Part shown: positions 36,545 to 49,185 of the stretch, one piece after another | How the letters are laid out: each line of letters opens with the position of its first letter | Numbering within the stretch: position 1 is the stretch's first letter | Assembly (NCBI RefSeq): GCF_006345805.1 | Contig: NW_021829600.1 | Span: 1 to 64,000, forward strand | Length of the DNA stretch: 64,000 bases | Direction of reading: 5' to 3' | Origin: Octopus sinensis | Taxonomy: Eukaryota | The notes under the pieces: model-generated | What the model was told of the DNA's origin: nothing | The model's database searches: none | The model's input: the letters and a program-made list of their open reading frames with translations, nothing else | Made by a program: the position numbers and the translations under genes

Positions 36545-38530
36545 TTAGGCTTAGATTTCGGCGGCGGGCTATCTCCATTCCTAACACTACGACACCCCCT
36601 GGCAACCTATAATGCTCCATCCAGACCTCCACGCTTCTAACGAAAGAATCCCAGGCACCCGCAGTCGCGTCTTCAATGAGTTCCAATAGGGCCTCGGAGA
36701 ATGCCGCCAACCAACAGGTATGCCCAGGACATGCAGCGTCGAGGAATCGATCTCTCCAGTCAAAACAAGGAGAATATCTATCCTCTACTTGTGGATGGTA
36801 GTTGGCAGAAGACGGCCCCTTACTCTTGAAGACTCTCGCGGGTCCGTCTAGTCAGAGCTACCCTCTTGGTTCCTACCTGTTTGGCCGTTTTGCCTGCCAG
36901 GAACCGCACAATGGCTACGTTGATGTATCTAGCCCCGGCTACTAGTAACTCAGCCTCCTTCTCGACGAGGACTGCTACTTCCTCGTCTGACCAGCAGTCC
37001 CTGCGTCTTTGGCCTGAGGCCTCAGCAGTAGCTGCTCGATCCGTACGCTTCCTCGCCAGCTGCTCTTTATGAGCAGCTATCCTGCGCTCATTGGCGGCGA
37101 CAGGATGCTTATGGCGAACGTACTGCGATCGACCTGCAGCCGTCAAAAAAGAACGGCTGCAGTGGTCACACCCGGAAGAGGACTGAGTAGAGCCAGAGGC
37201 AGGCACACCAGATGCACCACCACATTTGCCTACGTGACACCTCATAGAATGGAGGTGTCCGCTCTCCCTATCACACTTACTACATCTGTAGATCGGCTTC
37301 ACGCCGTGCCTACTGTCTATATGTTCTCCCCAACGACGGGGAGAAGAGAAGCGCAGGGGACATAGCGCACAGGCTATGGAGCAGGACGCGCAGGGAATTG
37401 GTAACGAAAACTCGTCTCCACGACCCCCTCTCGGATAACATCTAAAGTAAGTGAGCGATCGTCATGGAGGGGATCTTGAGCCAAGTTCGTCGGAACCTAG
37501 GAACTACCAGAGTGTGTGTCGGATAGTCCAGAATGAACCGGCCCTGTCTACTTCTAATATAAGTCAGCGCCGGGTGCAACACGCGACTTCCGACGCTGAC
37601 GGAGTCATTTTCCTGTTGACCACTATCCATACCTTAAAGAAGGTACGAAACCCAGCCCCAGGATAAACAAACATACCACCATCCAACCATCAGAGTACCC
37701 ACCAACCAACTAACACCGGAGTGTGTGCCCCGGAGGTTCTGCCTGGCAGTGCATCCACCCGCCGTCAGTTGTGAGTCCTGGCAGTGCATACACCTACCCG
37801 AAACAGCGCGAGGTCATAACATACCAGACAAACCCGGTGGTGCATCCACCAGCTGAAAAGACAGCAGGTCATAACGCACCGGGTCTCCACTCACCACCAA
37901 CACCGGATCATTACGTACCAAGCATTGCCAACCGGGCCTAATCGCATCTACCGGTCCCTAAACAGGAACCGCCCGACATGCCAAAGAAGCTCCCAAACAA
38001 GACTAAACAAGAAAAACCTGAGAACGACCCACCCAAACAACCAAGGATCCCCCTGTGTAGTATGATACTGGTGAATCGCGCCAGTAAACTGCTACAGTCC
38101 CGTTGGGAACCAACGCGACACTACACTTAGATGAAGCCAAATTTAGCCGGACCGGCATCTAACTAGCCGGCTCGGGAAGCAGACCAGCGGAAGTCTACCT
38201 ACCCTAGCAGGGAGGCCCACACCTCCAAATCAGGATCACCCATACACTCCATGGTCCCCACCAAATAAATTGGCACCACTACGGGGGAAAAGAAGAACAC
38301 GTTTAGTTTGTCCAAAGTGAGGGGCCCAATCCGGCATGGTTGAACCTACCGGCACAGCTACCCACACGGACGTAAGCTCTTTCACCGCGACAAGGTAGTG
38401 TTCATAAGGGTAAAGCCTGGCAGTGCATCCACTTACCCGAAACGGCGAGTCATAACAAACCAGACGCCAAGAACAAGAGTCATGGTTGCGCATCCACCGA
38501 GTCAGGCAGGTCATAACGCACCAGGCCCCA
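36545..38530 (-). mobile_element. R2-like (RLE-type) non-LTR retrotransposon 5' fragment: long leader plus zinc-finger/Myb N-terminus
   Basis: ORF 36820..37302: two zinc fingers (CSKCDRESGHLHSMRCHVGKC; CDHCSRSFLTAAGRSQYVRHKH) followed by Myb-like WSDEEVAVL...INVAI...KTAKQV. No RT present. Confidence 0.75.
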
Positions 38531-38825
38531 CGAAAGCGTCTTCTACTATAGTCTCGGGCCAGCCGAAGCCTTGTGAGTGGATTTGGTAGACAGAAACTGA
38601 AAGAAGCCTGTCTTCTCTTCGTTCACGTTTGGATTAACTATATATATAAATATGGAGGGTTCACGAAAAAAACAAAAGACGAAAACAGGTGGTGTAGAAA
38701 CAAAAATGTATTAGTATAACGCTCAGGAATTGAAAAAGTCTTTTACGTTTCGAGCCTACGCTCTTCTATAGAAAGGAACACAGAAAAAAAAAAGGAAACA
38801 CACACACAACACACACACACACACC

Positions 38826-38887
<62 letters not shown>

Positions 38888-39002
38888 CACATATATATAT
38901 ATATACTATATATGCACATATATATACTATTATCTATATATACATATATGTATACACATATATAAATACATATATATATACATATATATATACATACATA
39001 TA

Positions 39003-39034
<32 letters not shown>

Positions 39035-39040
39035 CATACG

Positions 39041-39099
<59 letters not shown>

Positions 39100-39530
39100 G
39101 TGTGTGTGTGTGTGCGTGTGTGTGTGTGTGTGTGTGTGACAATTATTCGGTAGCCACGATAGAGTCCTGAGGTCAATTTGTTTGACTAAAGGCAGTGCTC
39201 CGGCATGGCCGCAGTCAAATGACTGAAAGAAATAAAAGAATAATTCTCTCTCAAATCACACCCGTACTGTCTTAGAAAAAAATTACATTAAATAACATGG
39301 GCCGGTGAAACTTACACATAGAGAAGGAGAAAGGAGGCGGGATGAACTTTGACCGTGTGTCAGCTCGATAAAAACTGACCTGGGTCTTCTCAACTACAAC
39401 AACAAAAAAACGTGCTGATCATCTTTTCCATTCAATCCTTCTTCAATTCTTCGGAATGTAAAGACAGACGAAATTCCGCCAAGCAATTTGTCCGGCTCGC
39501 TAACAATTCTGCCAGCTGGTAGCCTTTTTC

Positions 39531-39580
<50 letters not shown>

Positions 39581-39833
39581 CTTTTCTACTAAAGGCACAA
39601 GGCCTGAAATTTGAGGGAAGAGGTAGTCGATTACATCAGCCTCAGTACTCAACTGGTACTTATTTTATCGACCCCGAAAGGATGAAAGGCAAAGTCAACC
39701 TCGGTGGAATTTGAACTCAGAGCGTAAAGACGAACGAAATGCCTCTAAGCATTTCGCCCAGCTTGCTAATGATTCTGACAGCTCGCCGCCTTAATAATAA
39801 TAACAATAATAATAATAATAATAATAAATATAA

Positions 39834-40341
39834 TACAGACCGAACCATCAAGGCCAATAACCAGATATTGTTGTGAAAGACCAAAAACAAAAGTTTGCTT
39901 ATTGATCGACATGAGCATCCCCTGTGATCATAATATCTCAGCGAAAAGTTTGACAAGCTCAGAAAATATAAAGACCTACTCATTGAAATTGAGAAAATGT
40001 GGCAATCTCAAGGCGTTACAATACCAGTGATCGTAGGAGCACTAGGAATGATCAAGAAGGGAACCGAAAATTATATGAGAATGATCCCTGGCTTACCATC
40101 CCTGCAAGAAGTGCAAAAGATTGTCTTAACTGGTACATCACACGTATTGAGAAGAGCTTGTCGATGTGAGAACTGTTGCTGCTCATGTATTTTAATTTAA
40201 CTTAAAAAAAAAAAAAATGATGAACGAACTATTGAGTTTGGTTTAATGGCCTACCAATGTATACTATGAGTTTCTTTGCCCTAGGAGTCTGGAAGACACT
40301 CGGCAAGAAATGGAAGCAAATTTGAAAGAAGAAAAAAAAAG
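39834..40341 (+). mobile_element. R4/Dong-like LINE 3' fragment (RLE domain) in a (TAA)n array, subfamily 1
   Basis: Frameshifted TDRTIKAN.PDIVV..LIDMSIP..KYKDL..IPVIVGALGMIKKG..VQKIVLTGTSHVLRR; (TAA)n on both sides. Confidence 0.85.
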
Positions 40342-40349
40342 TAATAATG

Positions 40350-40404
<55 letters not shown>

Positions 40405-40406
<2 letters not shown>

Positions 40407-40923
40407 GGAAAAAGATGGTATAGGCACACATCAGAAAAGGTCACAGAAAACGAGAAAGCAACCATACTCTGGGATATGCCAATACACACAGATAGAAATT
40501 AAGGCCAACAGACCAGATATAGTTGTCAGAGATCATGAAGAAAAAAAAATGCTTTCTAATTGATGTATCAATACCAGCAGATGACAACGTGTCTCTAAAA
40601 GAAATGGAGAATCTTTCAAAATACAAAGATCTGGAAATAGAGGTAACCAGAACGTGGAATCTAAAAACAGAAACAATTCCTATCATAGTAGGTGCATTAG
40701 GCATGATAAAAAATATTCAGACAAATACATAACAAAAACACCAGGACTTACAAACTCATATAACATACAGAAAATTGCACTACTAGGCACTGCACACATC
40801 CTACGCAGAACACTTTCCATACAATAACCATCAGAGCATCACAACAAATCACAGCACATACCCGAGGCACACAGAGCTGCGCTCGGTAGTGAAGTGAAAG
40901 CACGCTATAAAAATAAAACTACC

Positions 40924-40924
<1 letters not shown>
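40405..40924 (+). mobile_element. R4/Dong-like LINE 3' fragment (RLE domain) in a (TAA)n array, subfamily 2
   Basis: ILWDMPIHTD..ANRPDIVV..CFLIDVSIP..KYKDLEIE..IPIIVGALGMI..IQKIALLGTAHILRR; different 3' UTR; (TAA)n on both sides. Confidence 0.88.
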
Positions 40925-40973
<49 letters not shown>

Positions 40974-41149
40974 GTTTCAAATTTTGGCACAAGGTCAGCA
41001 ATTTTGGGGTAGGTAAAGTCGATTATACTGACTCCAGTGCTTAACTGCTATTTATTTTATCGACTTCGGAAGGATGATAGGCAAAGTCGATCTTGGTGGA
41101 CAATAGTACTAAAAGAAAATTCAAGGTAATTTTTCGTTAGAAAAATACC

Positions 41150-41379
41150 TATTTCTTTATTACCCACAAGGGGCTAAACATAGAGGGGACAAACAAGGAC
41201 AGACATAGATATTAAGTCGATTACATCGACCCTAGTGCGTAACTGGTACTTAATTTATCGACCCCGAAAGGATGAAAAGCAAAGTCGACCTCGGCGGAAT
41301 TTGAACTCACAACGTAACGCAGACGAAATACCGCTAAGCATTTCGCCCGGCGTGCTAACGTTTCTGCCAGCTCGCCGCC
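41150..41379 (-). mobile_element. SINE family B, full length, 19-bp TSD
   Basis: TTTTCGTTAGAAAAATACC at 41131-41149 and 41380-41398. Confidence 0.92.
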
Positions 41380-42163
41380 TTTTCGTTAGAAAAATACCGT
41401 AGGCCGCAGTTTACTTGATCTGCTATAAGTAACTATCAAATTTCCCTCAAATCATACCCCTACCGCCTTAGAAAAAGTTACATTAGATAAAAAAGAAATA
41501 ACATAGACTGGTGTTCATTACACATAGTGAAAAAGACGTGATGAACTTTGATCGTAACTCTTTTCGATAGAGACTGACCTGAGTCTTCTCAACAACAAAA
41601 TGAATAACCGCATTAATCATTTTTTCCATTCAATCCGCCTTATCATCACTATATGACCCCCTCTCCCTCTCTCTCTCTCATCTTCATTCTAGCAGTCGCT
41701 GACCAATAAGATTCTTGAAAACGACATCAACCATGCCAATGTCCTTTCGACAATAGTATATGAACGACCTTTGCCTACTGAACTCAGAACTCAACACATG
41801 TAAGTCCAGACACTTTAACCGCTTCCCCAATCTCCACTTTGTACCGTGTCCACCCCACCCCACCCCACATGATTTCAAAGTAAACAATTTGTCAATCTTT
41901 TTTTCCTCCAGCACTGTACGTTTTGAAAAATGATCTCCTTACCTTTTATCTTTTACCTGTTTCAGTCATTGGACTGCGGCCAGAATTTCTTAATTGAAGG
42001 AATCGCCCCCAGTTGATTGACTGCTCTTTCTAGCAGATCGACAGTTCGTCTACAGGCATTTTTGCTGGCTCGTAAATTTTTCCTTCATTTATTCAAAACT
42101 TTTCCTGCTGATGCAGCAGATAGCACATTACATCAGCCTTTTAAGTTTCACGTTGATAATGTA

Positions 42164-42235
<72 letters not shown>

Positions 42236-42284
42236 GCTATTGCTGCTGCAGGTGGCGATGCTTATTTTCAATGCAAAGTAATTC

Positions 42285-42660
42285 TCTAGAAAAACGACGA
42301 CGCCGTGGTGATCTCATTCTCGCTCACAACATCATAAGCGGAAAGTGTAACCTCTCGAAAGAGCTGTTCTTCACTCCTGCTCCAGGGCGTCGGCTGCGGG
42401 GTCACTCCGAAAAGCTCTATCTGCGACGATTTCATCTCAATCGAAGGAGAGGGGCTTTCTCGGTCCGGGTTGCGGATCCGTGGAATAAGCTGCCGGACGA
42501 GATAGTGAAGATGCCGACGACCGCTCGGTTCAAAGACTCTCTTGACCAGAAATGGCCTGAACTCTTTGCATGATCCTCCTCCCTGTACATAACTCTGTGT
42601 CCCCCTACATGGCCTTGCTTTTTGCTTTTTGAGCCAAAAAATTAACTTAACTTAATTAGC
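42285..42660 (+). mobile_element. CR1-clade LINE 3' fragment
   Basis: LEKRRRRGDLI...LRGHSEKL...FSVRVADPWNKLP...FKDSLD; tail of short (CTTAA)-like repeats. Confidence 0.85.
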
Positions 42661-43125
42661 CAAATGATCATTCTTTCTAATTTTGGCACAAGGCCAGCAA
42701 TTTTAGAGGGAAAGGAGTCGAATACATCGATCCTAGTACTTGAAAGGTATATATTATTATCGACCCCGAAAGAATGAAAGGCAAACTTGACCTCGGCAGA
42801 ATTTGAACTCAAAACATAAAACAGACGAAATGTTGCAAGGGAATTTTGAGGGAAGGGGCAAGTCGATTATATTGGCTCCAGTGCTTAACTGGTACATATT
42901 CTATCGATCCCGAAAGGCAAAGCCTACATCGGCGGAATTTGAACTCGGAACATAAAGACGGACGAAATGCCACTAAGCATTTTGTCCGCCATACTAACAA
43001 TTCTTCCAGATCACCTCCTTAACAGTAATGGCTTCAAAATTTGGTGCAAGGCCAGCAATTTCAGGGGATGTAGTAAGTCGATTATGTTGACCCCATTGTT
43101 CTGACCCCCGAATAATTGTTATTTT

Positions 43126-43707
43126 AAGGCGGCTAGCTGGTAGAAACGTTAGCACGCCGGGCGAAATGCTTAGCGGTATTTCGTCCGCCGCTGCGTTCTG
43201 AGTTCAAATTCCGCCGAGGTCGATCTTGCCTTCCATCCTTTCGGGGTCAATAAATGAAGTACCAGTTACGCACTGGGGTCGATGTAATCGACTTAATCCC
43301 TTTGTCTGTCCTTGTTTGTCCTCTCTGTGTTTAGCCCCTTGTGAGTAGTAAAGAAATAGGTATTTCGTCTGTCGCTACGTTCTGAGTTCAAATTCCGCCG
43401 AGGTCGACTTTGCCTTTCATCCTTTTGGGGTCGATTAAATATGTACCAGTTACGCACTGGGTCGATATAATCGACTTAATCCGTTTGTCTGTCCTTTTTT
43501 GTCCCCTCTGTGTTTAACCCCTTGTGGATAGTAAAGAAATAGGTTTCGTCTGTTTTTACGTTTTGAGTTCAAATTCCGCCGAGGTCGGCTTTGTCTTTCA
43601 TCCTTTCGAGGTCGATAAATTAAGTACCAGTTGCATACTGATGTCTATCTGATCGACTGGCCCCCACCTCCTCAAAAATTTTGGGCCTCGTGCCCAGAGT
43701 AGAAAAG
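43126..43707 (+). mobile_element. SINE family B multimer (one head, three bodies) ending in (ATT)n
   Basis: Junctions at 43358/43359 and 43541/43542, period 183 bp. Confidence 0.88.
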
Positions 43708-43758
<51 letters not shown>

Positions 43759-44156
43759 TCAAATTTTTGCCACAAGGGCTGTTTGGGGAGGTGGGGATGA
43801 GTCGATTACATCGACCCCAGTATTCAACTGGTACTTAATTTATTGAACCCGAAAAGATGAAAGGCAAAGTCAACTTCTGCGAAATTTGAACTCAAAACGT
43901 TGTGGCAGACGAAATACTGAGACCCCCTTCGGTCATGACTTACCATGGGATTGCACCTAGTCCGCGCAAGGTTGTTTATGAAAGACCAACAGTCGCCCAT
44001 GCATACCGGCCTCCCCTCTCCACGCTACCAGTGTTATGCAAGGGAAAGGCAAAGGCCGATACAGCTTGGCACCTGTGACGTTACAACTAATTTCTACGGC
44101 TGAGTGAAATGCTGGTATTTCGCCCGGCGTTTTAATGATTCTGCCAGCTCGCCGCC

Positions 44157-44220
<64 letters not shown>

Positions 44221-44907
44221 CAACAACAACAACAACAACCCTTTCTACTAAAGCCACAAGGCTTAAAATGGGGGGAAAGGGCTAGTCGATTACATCGACC
44301 CCAGTGTTTCACTGGTACTTAATTTATCGGCCTCGAAAGGATGAAAGGCAAAGTCAGCATCGGCGGAATTTGAACTCAGAATGTAAGAACGTACGAAATG
44401 CCGCTAAGCATTTTGTCCGGTGTTCTAACGATTGACTCTAGCGAACCAATTTTTATTCTCCTATCAATTAGGTTATCTGTTAATTTTATGCAACACTTCG
44501 ATGCACTAAAATCAAACGTCACAACGGAAGTTCTGCTCGTGCTTTGTGATAGCCGATAACAAAAAACGTTATCGATTTATCATACGAATGGAGCTTTTTG
44601 AGATTTATAAAAAAAAAAATAAAAAAACACTGACTATTGAATTATCGAGAGATTTGCAGTGATAGAGGTAAACGGCCGAGGAGATAACACGCCGTACTAC
44701 AGGAATACCAACTGACGTCTGGAAATATTAGGAGCGGTAGAGTGGCAGGTCAGATTAGTACAATATTGCTCAGGTCCTTATAACCTGGGCTGTGTTAAGA
44801 ATTATAGAAATAGAATAAATATGATAAGTACTCTCCCCTTCCCACTCCGATACACTCGGTCTCTTCCTCTGCCCTTTACCACTTTTCTCCCCCCCTACCA
44901 CTAACAG

Positions 44908-45299
44908 GTAGATGGCTTCCAGAGGAGAAAAGTAGAAATTGCCTCGTTTTCAGCTCTACAACAATGTCCAGCAAACTGGACTCTCCTACCTTTCACAAGA
45001 GATGATACAGGTGGTAGTTTCCCATTTATTTGCATTTTGGTTGGATGACGCTTCCACGAGAGATTTTGAGCTCTCATAAGGAGGCGAGTGTAAGTTCCAT
45101 TCAACCGCCTCTCAAGCTTCTTTCATAACTTCCATCTACTCGCAATACCAGAGGGCACACACTCTCCTACCCTGATGTAATCTCCAGTGATACAGGCATC
45201 CAGCAACAGGACCTCCGTAATGCTATGATGGACCGTGAAGTCTGGCGTAGCATGGTAAATTCCATTGTCTCGACCACGGTCGAACAATGATGATGATGA
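44908..45299. mobile_element. RTE-type LINE 3' fragment with inverted 5' part
   Basis: Minus strand 44908-45130 encodes NGTYTRLLMRAQNLSW...RRVQFAGHC...LLWKPST; plus strand 45132-45299 continues RNTRGHTLSYPDVI...DREVWRSMV...EQ* with (TGA)n tail. Confidence 0.8.
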
Positions 45300-45719
45300 C
45301 TAACCGGTGCCACGTCGTTACCATCATTTTTCATCCCCATTTCCTTTTCACGTCGATCGCCAAGGCGACTAGTCGTGTTCCTCTTGTCCCCTACTTTCCT
45401 CTTGTCTCTCCACTTTTTCTGTCGTTTCTAATCCTTTATGATACTCTTCCTGGCATTGCCCATATTTTTGTCTCATGTCTAAGCCCAGTGATACGTCATA
45501 TAAGCCCTAAGGCCTTATTCTGTTTATTTATTTATCTCATTTCATTTTGTTTGTATGCCCATTCGGTCGTGTTTCTTAAGCGCAGGCATGGCTGTGTGGT
45601 AACAAGCTTACTTCCCAACAACATGGTTTCGGATTCAGTCCCACTGCGTGGCACTTTGTCTTCTGCTATAGTGTCGGGCCATCCAAAGCCCGACGAAAAC
45701 TAAAAGAAACCCGTCGCAC

Positions 45720-45769
<50 letters not shown>

Positions 45770-46272
45770 ATGTGTATGGTTGTACGCGTGTAATACATGT
45801 ATATATATGTGTGCTTGTCTTTGCGATTGTGCCCCTGCAGCTTGATAGCTGGTGTTGGTTTACTTATTTGTAGCTCGGCAAAAGAGACCGATTGAGTAAG
45901 AACCAGACTTTAAAAAAAAACAAAAACAGAAGTACTGGTGTCGCTTTGTTGCACTAAGAACGATGTCGCAGCATGGTTGCAATCCAATGAAGGAAAAACT
46001 AAATTAATAATCTCAGCTGAAAATCGAAAGTGGAATTTCGGTGAATATGAAATGGAAAAGTCGATAGACCAACCTAAATACTGTAAGCTCGGTTCTCTAG
46101 TATTTCTGAGAAGTCAGTTTGCTAACCTAAATACTGAAGAAAAAAAACACAATAATAATAATAACTACAACAATTGCAGTTACAGTGATAATAGGAGTGG
46201 TGTTACTCAGGAGATAAACTCAAGTGTTCTGGAGTGCTAGAGAAAGTTCTAATCAATGATATACCAGATATA

Positions 46273-46306
<34 letters not shown>

Positions 46307-46703
46307 CAAAGTTTTACAGGTCAATACGTTCTGGTACTCCCACACACCTGGGTTAGAATAAAATGTTGATCAAGTCATCATAATAATAAAATTGATTGTT
46401 TATGCCACTTAAAGACTATTAAAAGCTCTCGTACTAATGTCCTGTTATTTGTTTTCGTGCACCATTTCTGCGTTTTCTCCCCGTCCTTGTTTACGTATAC
46501 ATTCGCTGCGTTTTTCCAAAGAATCTAGTACTCTTAGGCTAGTTTTTCCTTGGGGCTGGCCAGATTGGAGCAATATCAAGTATAACCAGCCGAAATTGCA
46601 AAGATAATCTGGAACCCGACTGAGGATAGAAAACTCCGAATAACCCGTCATGGTTTTCCTTATATCGTCTGTCTGGATGTTTTGCGTTCTTGTCCCATTT
46701 TTG

Positions 46704-46740
<37 letters not shown>

Positions 46741-46744
46741 TTAT

Positions 46745-47135
46745 TCTTTTACTTGTTTCAGTCATTTGACTGTGGCCATGCTGGAACACCGCCTTTTAGT
46801 CAAGCAAATCGACCCCAGGACTTATTCTTTGTAAGCCTAGTACTTATTTGTCGGTCTCTTTTGCCGAACCGCTAAGTTACAGGAACGTAAACATACCAGC
46901 ATCGGTTGCCAAGCGATGTTGTGGGGGGGGGACAAACACAGACACACAAACATATACACACATGTACATATATATACATAAATACGACGGCCTACTTTCA
47001 GTTTCTGTCTACCAAATCCAAATCCACTCATAAGGCTTTGGTCGGCCCGAGGTTATAGTAGACACTTGCCCGAGGTGCCACGCAGTGGGACTGAACCCGG
47101 AACCATCTGGTTGGTAAGCAAGCTACTACTACGCC
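46745..47135 (-). mobile_element. SINE family A, near full length
   Basis: Reverse complement of the family A consensus. Confidence 0.85.
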
Positions 47136-47147
47136 TATATTTTAATC

Positions 47148-47215
<68 letters not shown>

Positions 47216-47249
47216 CATATACTATACATATACATATACATTACATACA

Positions 47250-47287
<38 letters not shown>

Positions 47288-47310
47288 TATATTATATATA
47301 TATATATATA

Positions 47311-47865
47311 TATATGCATGTATATATACATATAGATCTAGGTAGGTACATATATATATGTATATATGCATATTTTATATGTTATATATATAACATATAA
47401 ATATATGCATATATACATATATATATATGTACCTACCTACATCTATATGTATATATACATGCATATATGAGTACAGGACATCAAAAATAACGTTGAGCAC
47501 AATGAGAAACGAAAATATAAAAACTAAAACATGGAAACGAACTTTTTTTTTTCAAACAACGAAAAAACAGTGCACAAGACATACAACACAAGGAATATTC
47601 CCCTCCTTCAGTTGTCCCTGTTTCGTCTACTCCGCGTTCCGAATGTAAGGACCAGAAGCGTCTTCGTTGAAACAGTCCTTCACGCAAAGCAAATTAAATA
47701 AAATTTAGGATTTTTTGCAGATGGGTAAAAGTGGTAACAAGAACAGGACAGTAAGAACAAAACAAGACTGTAAAAACAATACAAGTAAAAACAGTAAAAG
47801 ACAAGACAAAGAAATAACACAGTAAAAACAAACGATGAGGGATGTTAAGTCAAGACGATGGAAGA
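47311..47865 (+). repeat. Repeat family F with a palindromic (TA-centred) left end
   Basis: Homologous to 15760-16200. 47311-47467 is self-complementary about ~47387/47388. Confidence 0.65.
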
Positions 47866-48849
47866 AATCTAATGAATCGTTCAAACGTGGATGTCATATA
47901 TCTTGACTTTGCAAAGGCTTTTGATGAGGTTGACCATAGGATGATATGCCACTAGCTACGGGGACTTAGCATAGTCGGGAAACTGGGAGAGTGGTTACAT
48001 GACTTCTTAAAAGACAGAAGCCAGGCTGTAGCAACCAATGGAGCCCTCCCCAAGGAGACCGCAATAGAGAGTGGAGTACTTCAGGGAACTGTATTCTGAC
48101 CGCTACTGATCATGGTGGCCCTTTCAGATATGTCATCAATTACACAGACAACCACACTTTCTAGCTATGCCGACGACACAAAAGCAGTACAAGAAGTCAA
48201 GGAACCTTCTGATGTTAATCTTCTGCAGAAAGATCTAGATGCCATATATATATATAGGCAGGAGAAAACAACATGCAGTTTAATGCAGGTAAATTCCAAG
48301 CTCTCTTCTACCAACTAATTGGTGCTCACAAGCTGCAACAACGATACTTTGGACCAAAATGAGCAGCAGTACCAAAGTTACATATAGTGCGTGATCTGGG
48401 GATTGATATGGGCAAGATGGTTGCAATATGCAGACGCATGGATTCTGAGAATCTTCAGAACAAGGGACCAGGAAACTATGCTGGTTCTATGAAGGACATT
48501 TTTACTCAGCCGTCTGGGCTGCTACTCTCAATTGTGGTCACCCCACAATGTCAAATTAATAGCGGAACTTGAGGCAATTCAGCGATGCTGCGCCAGAATG
48601 ATGGAACAGCTGAGCTACTGGGACGGACTGAAATCGGTGGAACAGCTGAGCTACTGGGAGAGAGTGAAAGAGCTACGACTCTACTCCCTGGAGTGAAGAC
48701 GGTAGAGGTATACAGTGATATATGTGTGAAGATTCTGGAGGGGCTAGAACCAAACTTTGGTATCAAGAGCTATACAAGCCCCCGAACTGGACGTTACTGC
48801 ATTGTTCCCAAGATCCCAGCTATCTCGTCTAGAGTGAGGACCATGTACT

Positions 48850-49185
48850 TACAGTACTTGTACTTGTGGCGACATTCACCCTGGGCGGGTTGAGTCGGCT
48901 TCTTCTACCACCCTCGAGGCAGAAGAAGTTTGGTGGGAATATGTGGATTTCACATGCGGTCCCCAACAATCCCGCATGTAGAGACATCCTGTTTGCCGAA
49001 ACAGACACTCCGAGGATTTTCACTAGAGCCCCGTCTGCCGGGTTGTGGCCATAATACCACTCGGTGTCAGACCAATCCGTCTTGGGTGGCCCTACCAGGA
49101 ACTGAAGTTCCCGACGGCATAGCTCTGACACTACCCGTTGCCAGCGTCCCCACCACGGTGAGGAGGGGATGGACTTTGGGGACGC
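48850..49185 (-). mobile_element. ~335-bp non-autonomous retroelement with an HDV-like 5' fold and (CAAGTA)n-like tail
   Basis: Interrupts the CR1 frame. CATGTACT duplicated at 48842-48849 and 49185-49192. Tail CAAGTACAAGTAC on the minus strand. Confidence 0.7.
49109..49185 (-). ncRNA. Candidate HDV-like ribozyme, probably defective in J4/2
   Basis: P1 GCGTCCC/GGGACGC; same core CTCCTCACCGTGGTG as 22934-22948; TGGCAA; P4 CGGGTAG/CTAT(G)CCG; P2 TCCC/GGGA; lacks the RAA after the catalytic-C position. Confidence 0.55.

Noticed and set aside
38130-38330. HDV-like ribozyme in the R2-like leader (GGCTAA after a hairpin, minus strand)
   Set aside because: No compatible P1, P3 or L3 could be assembled.
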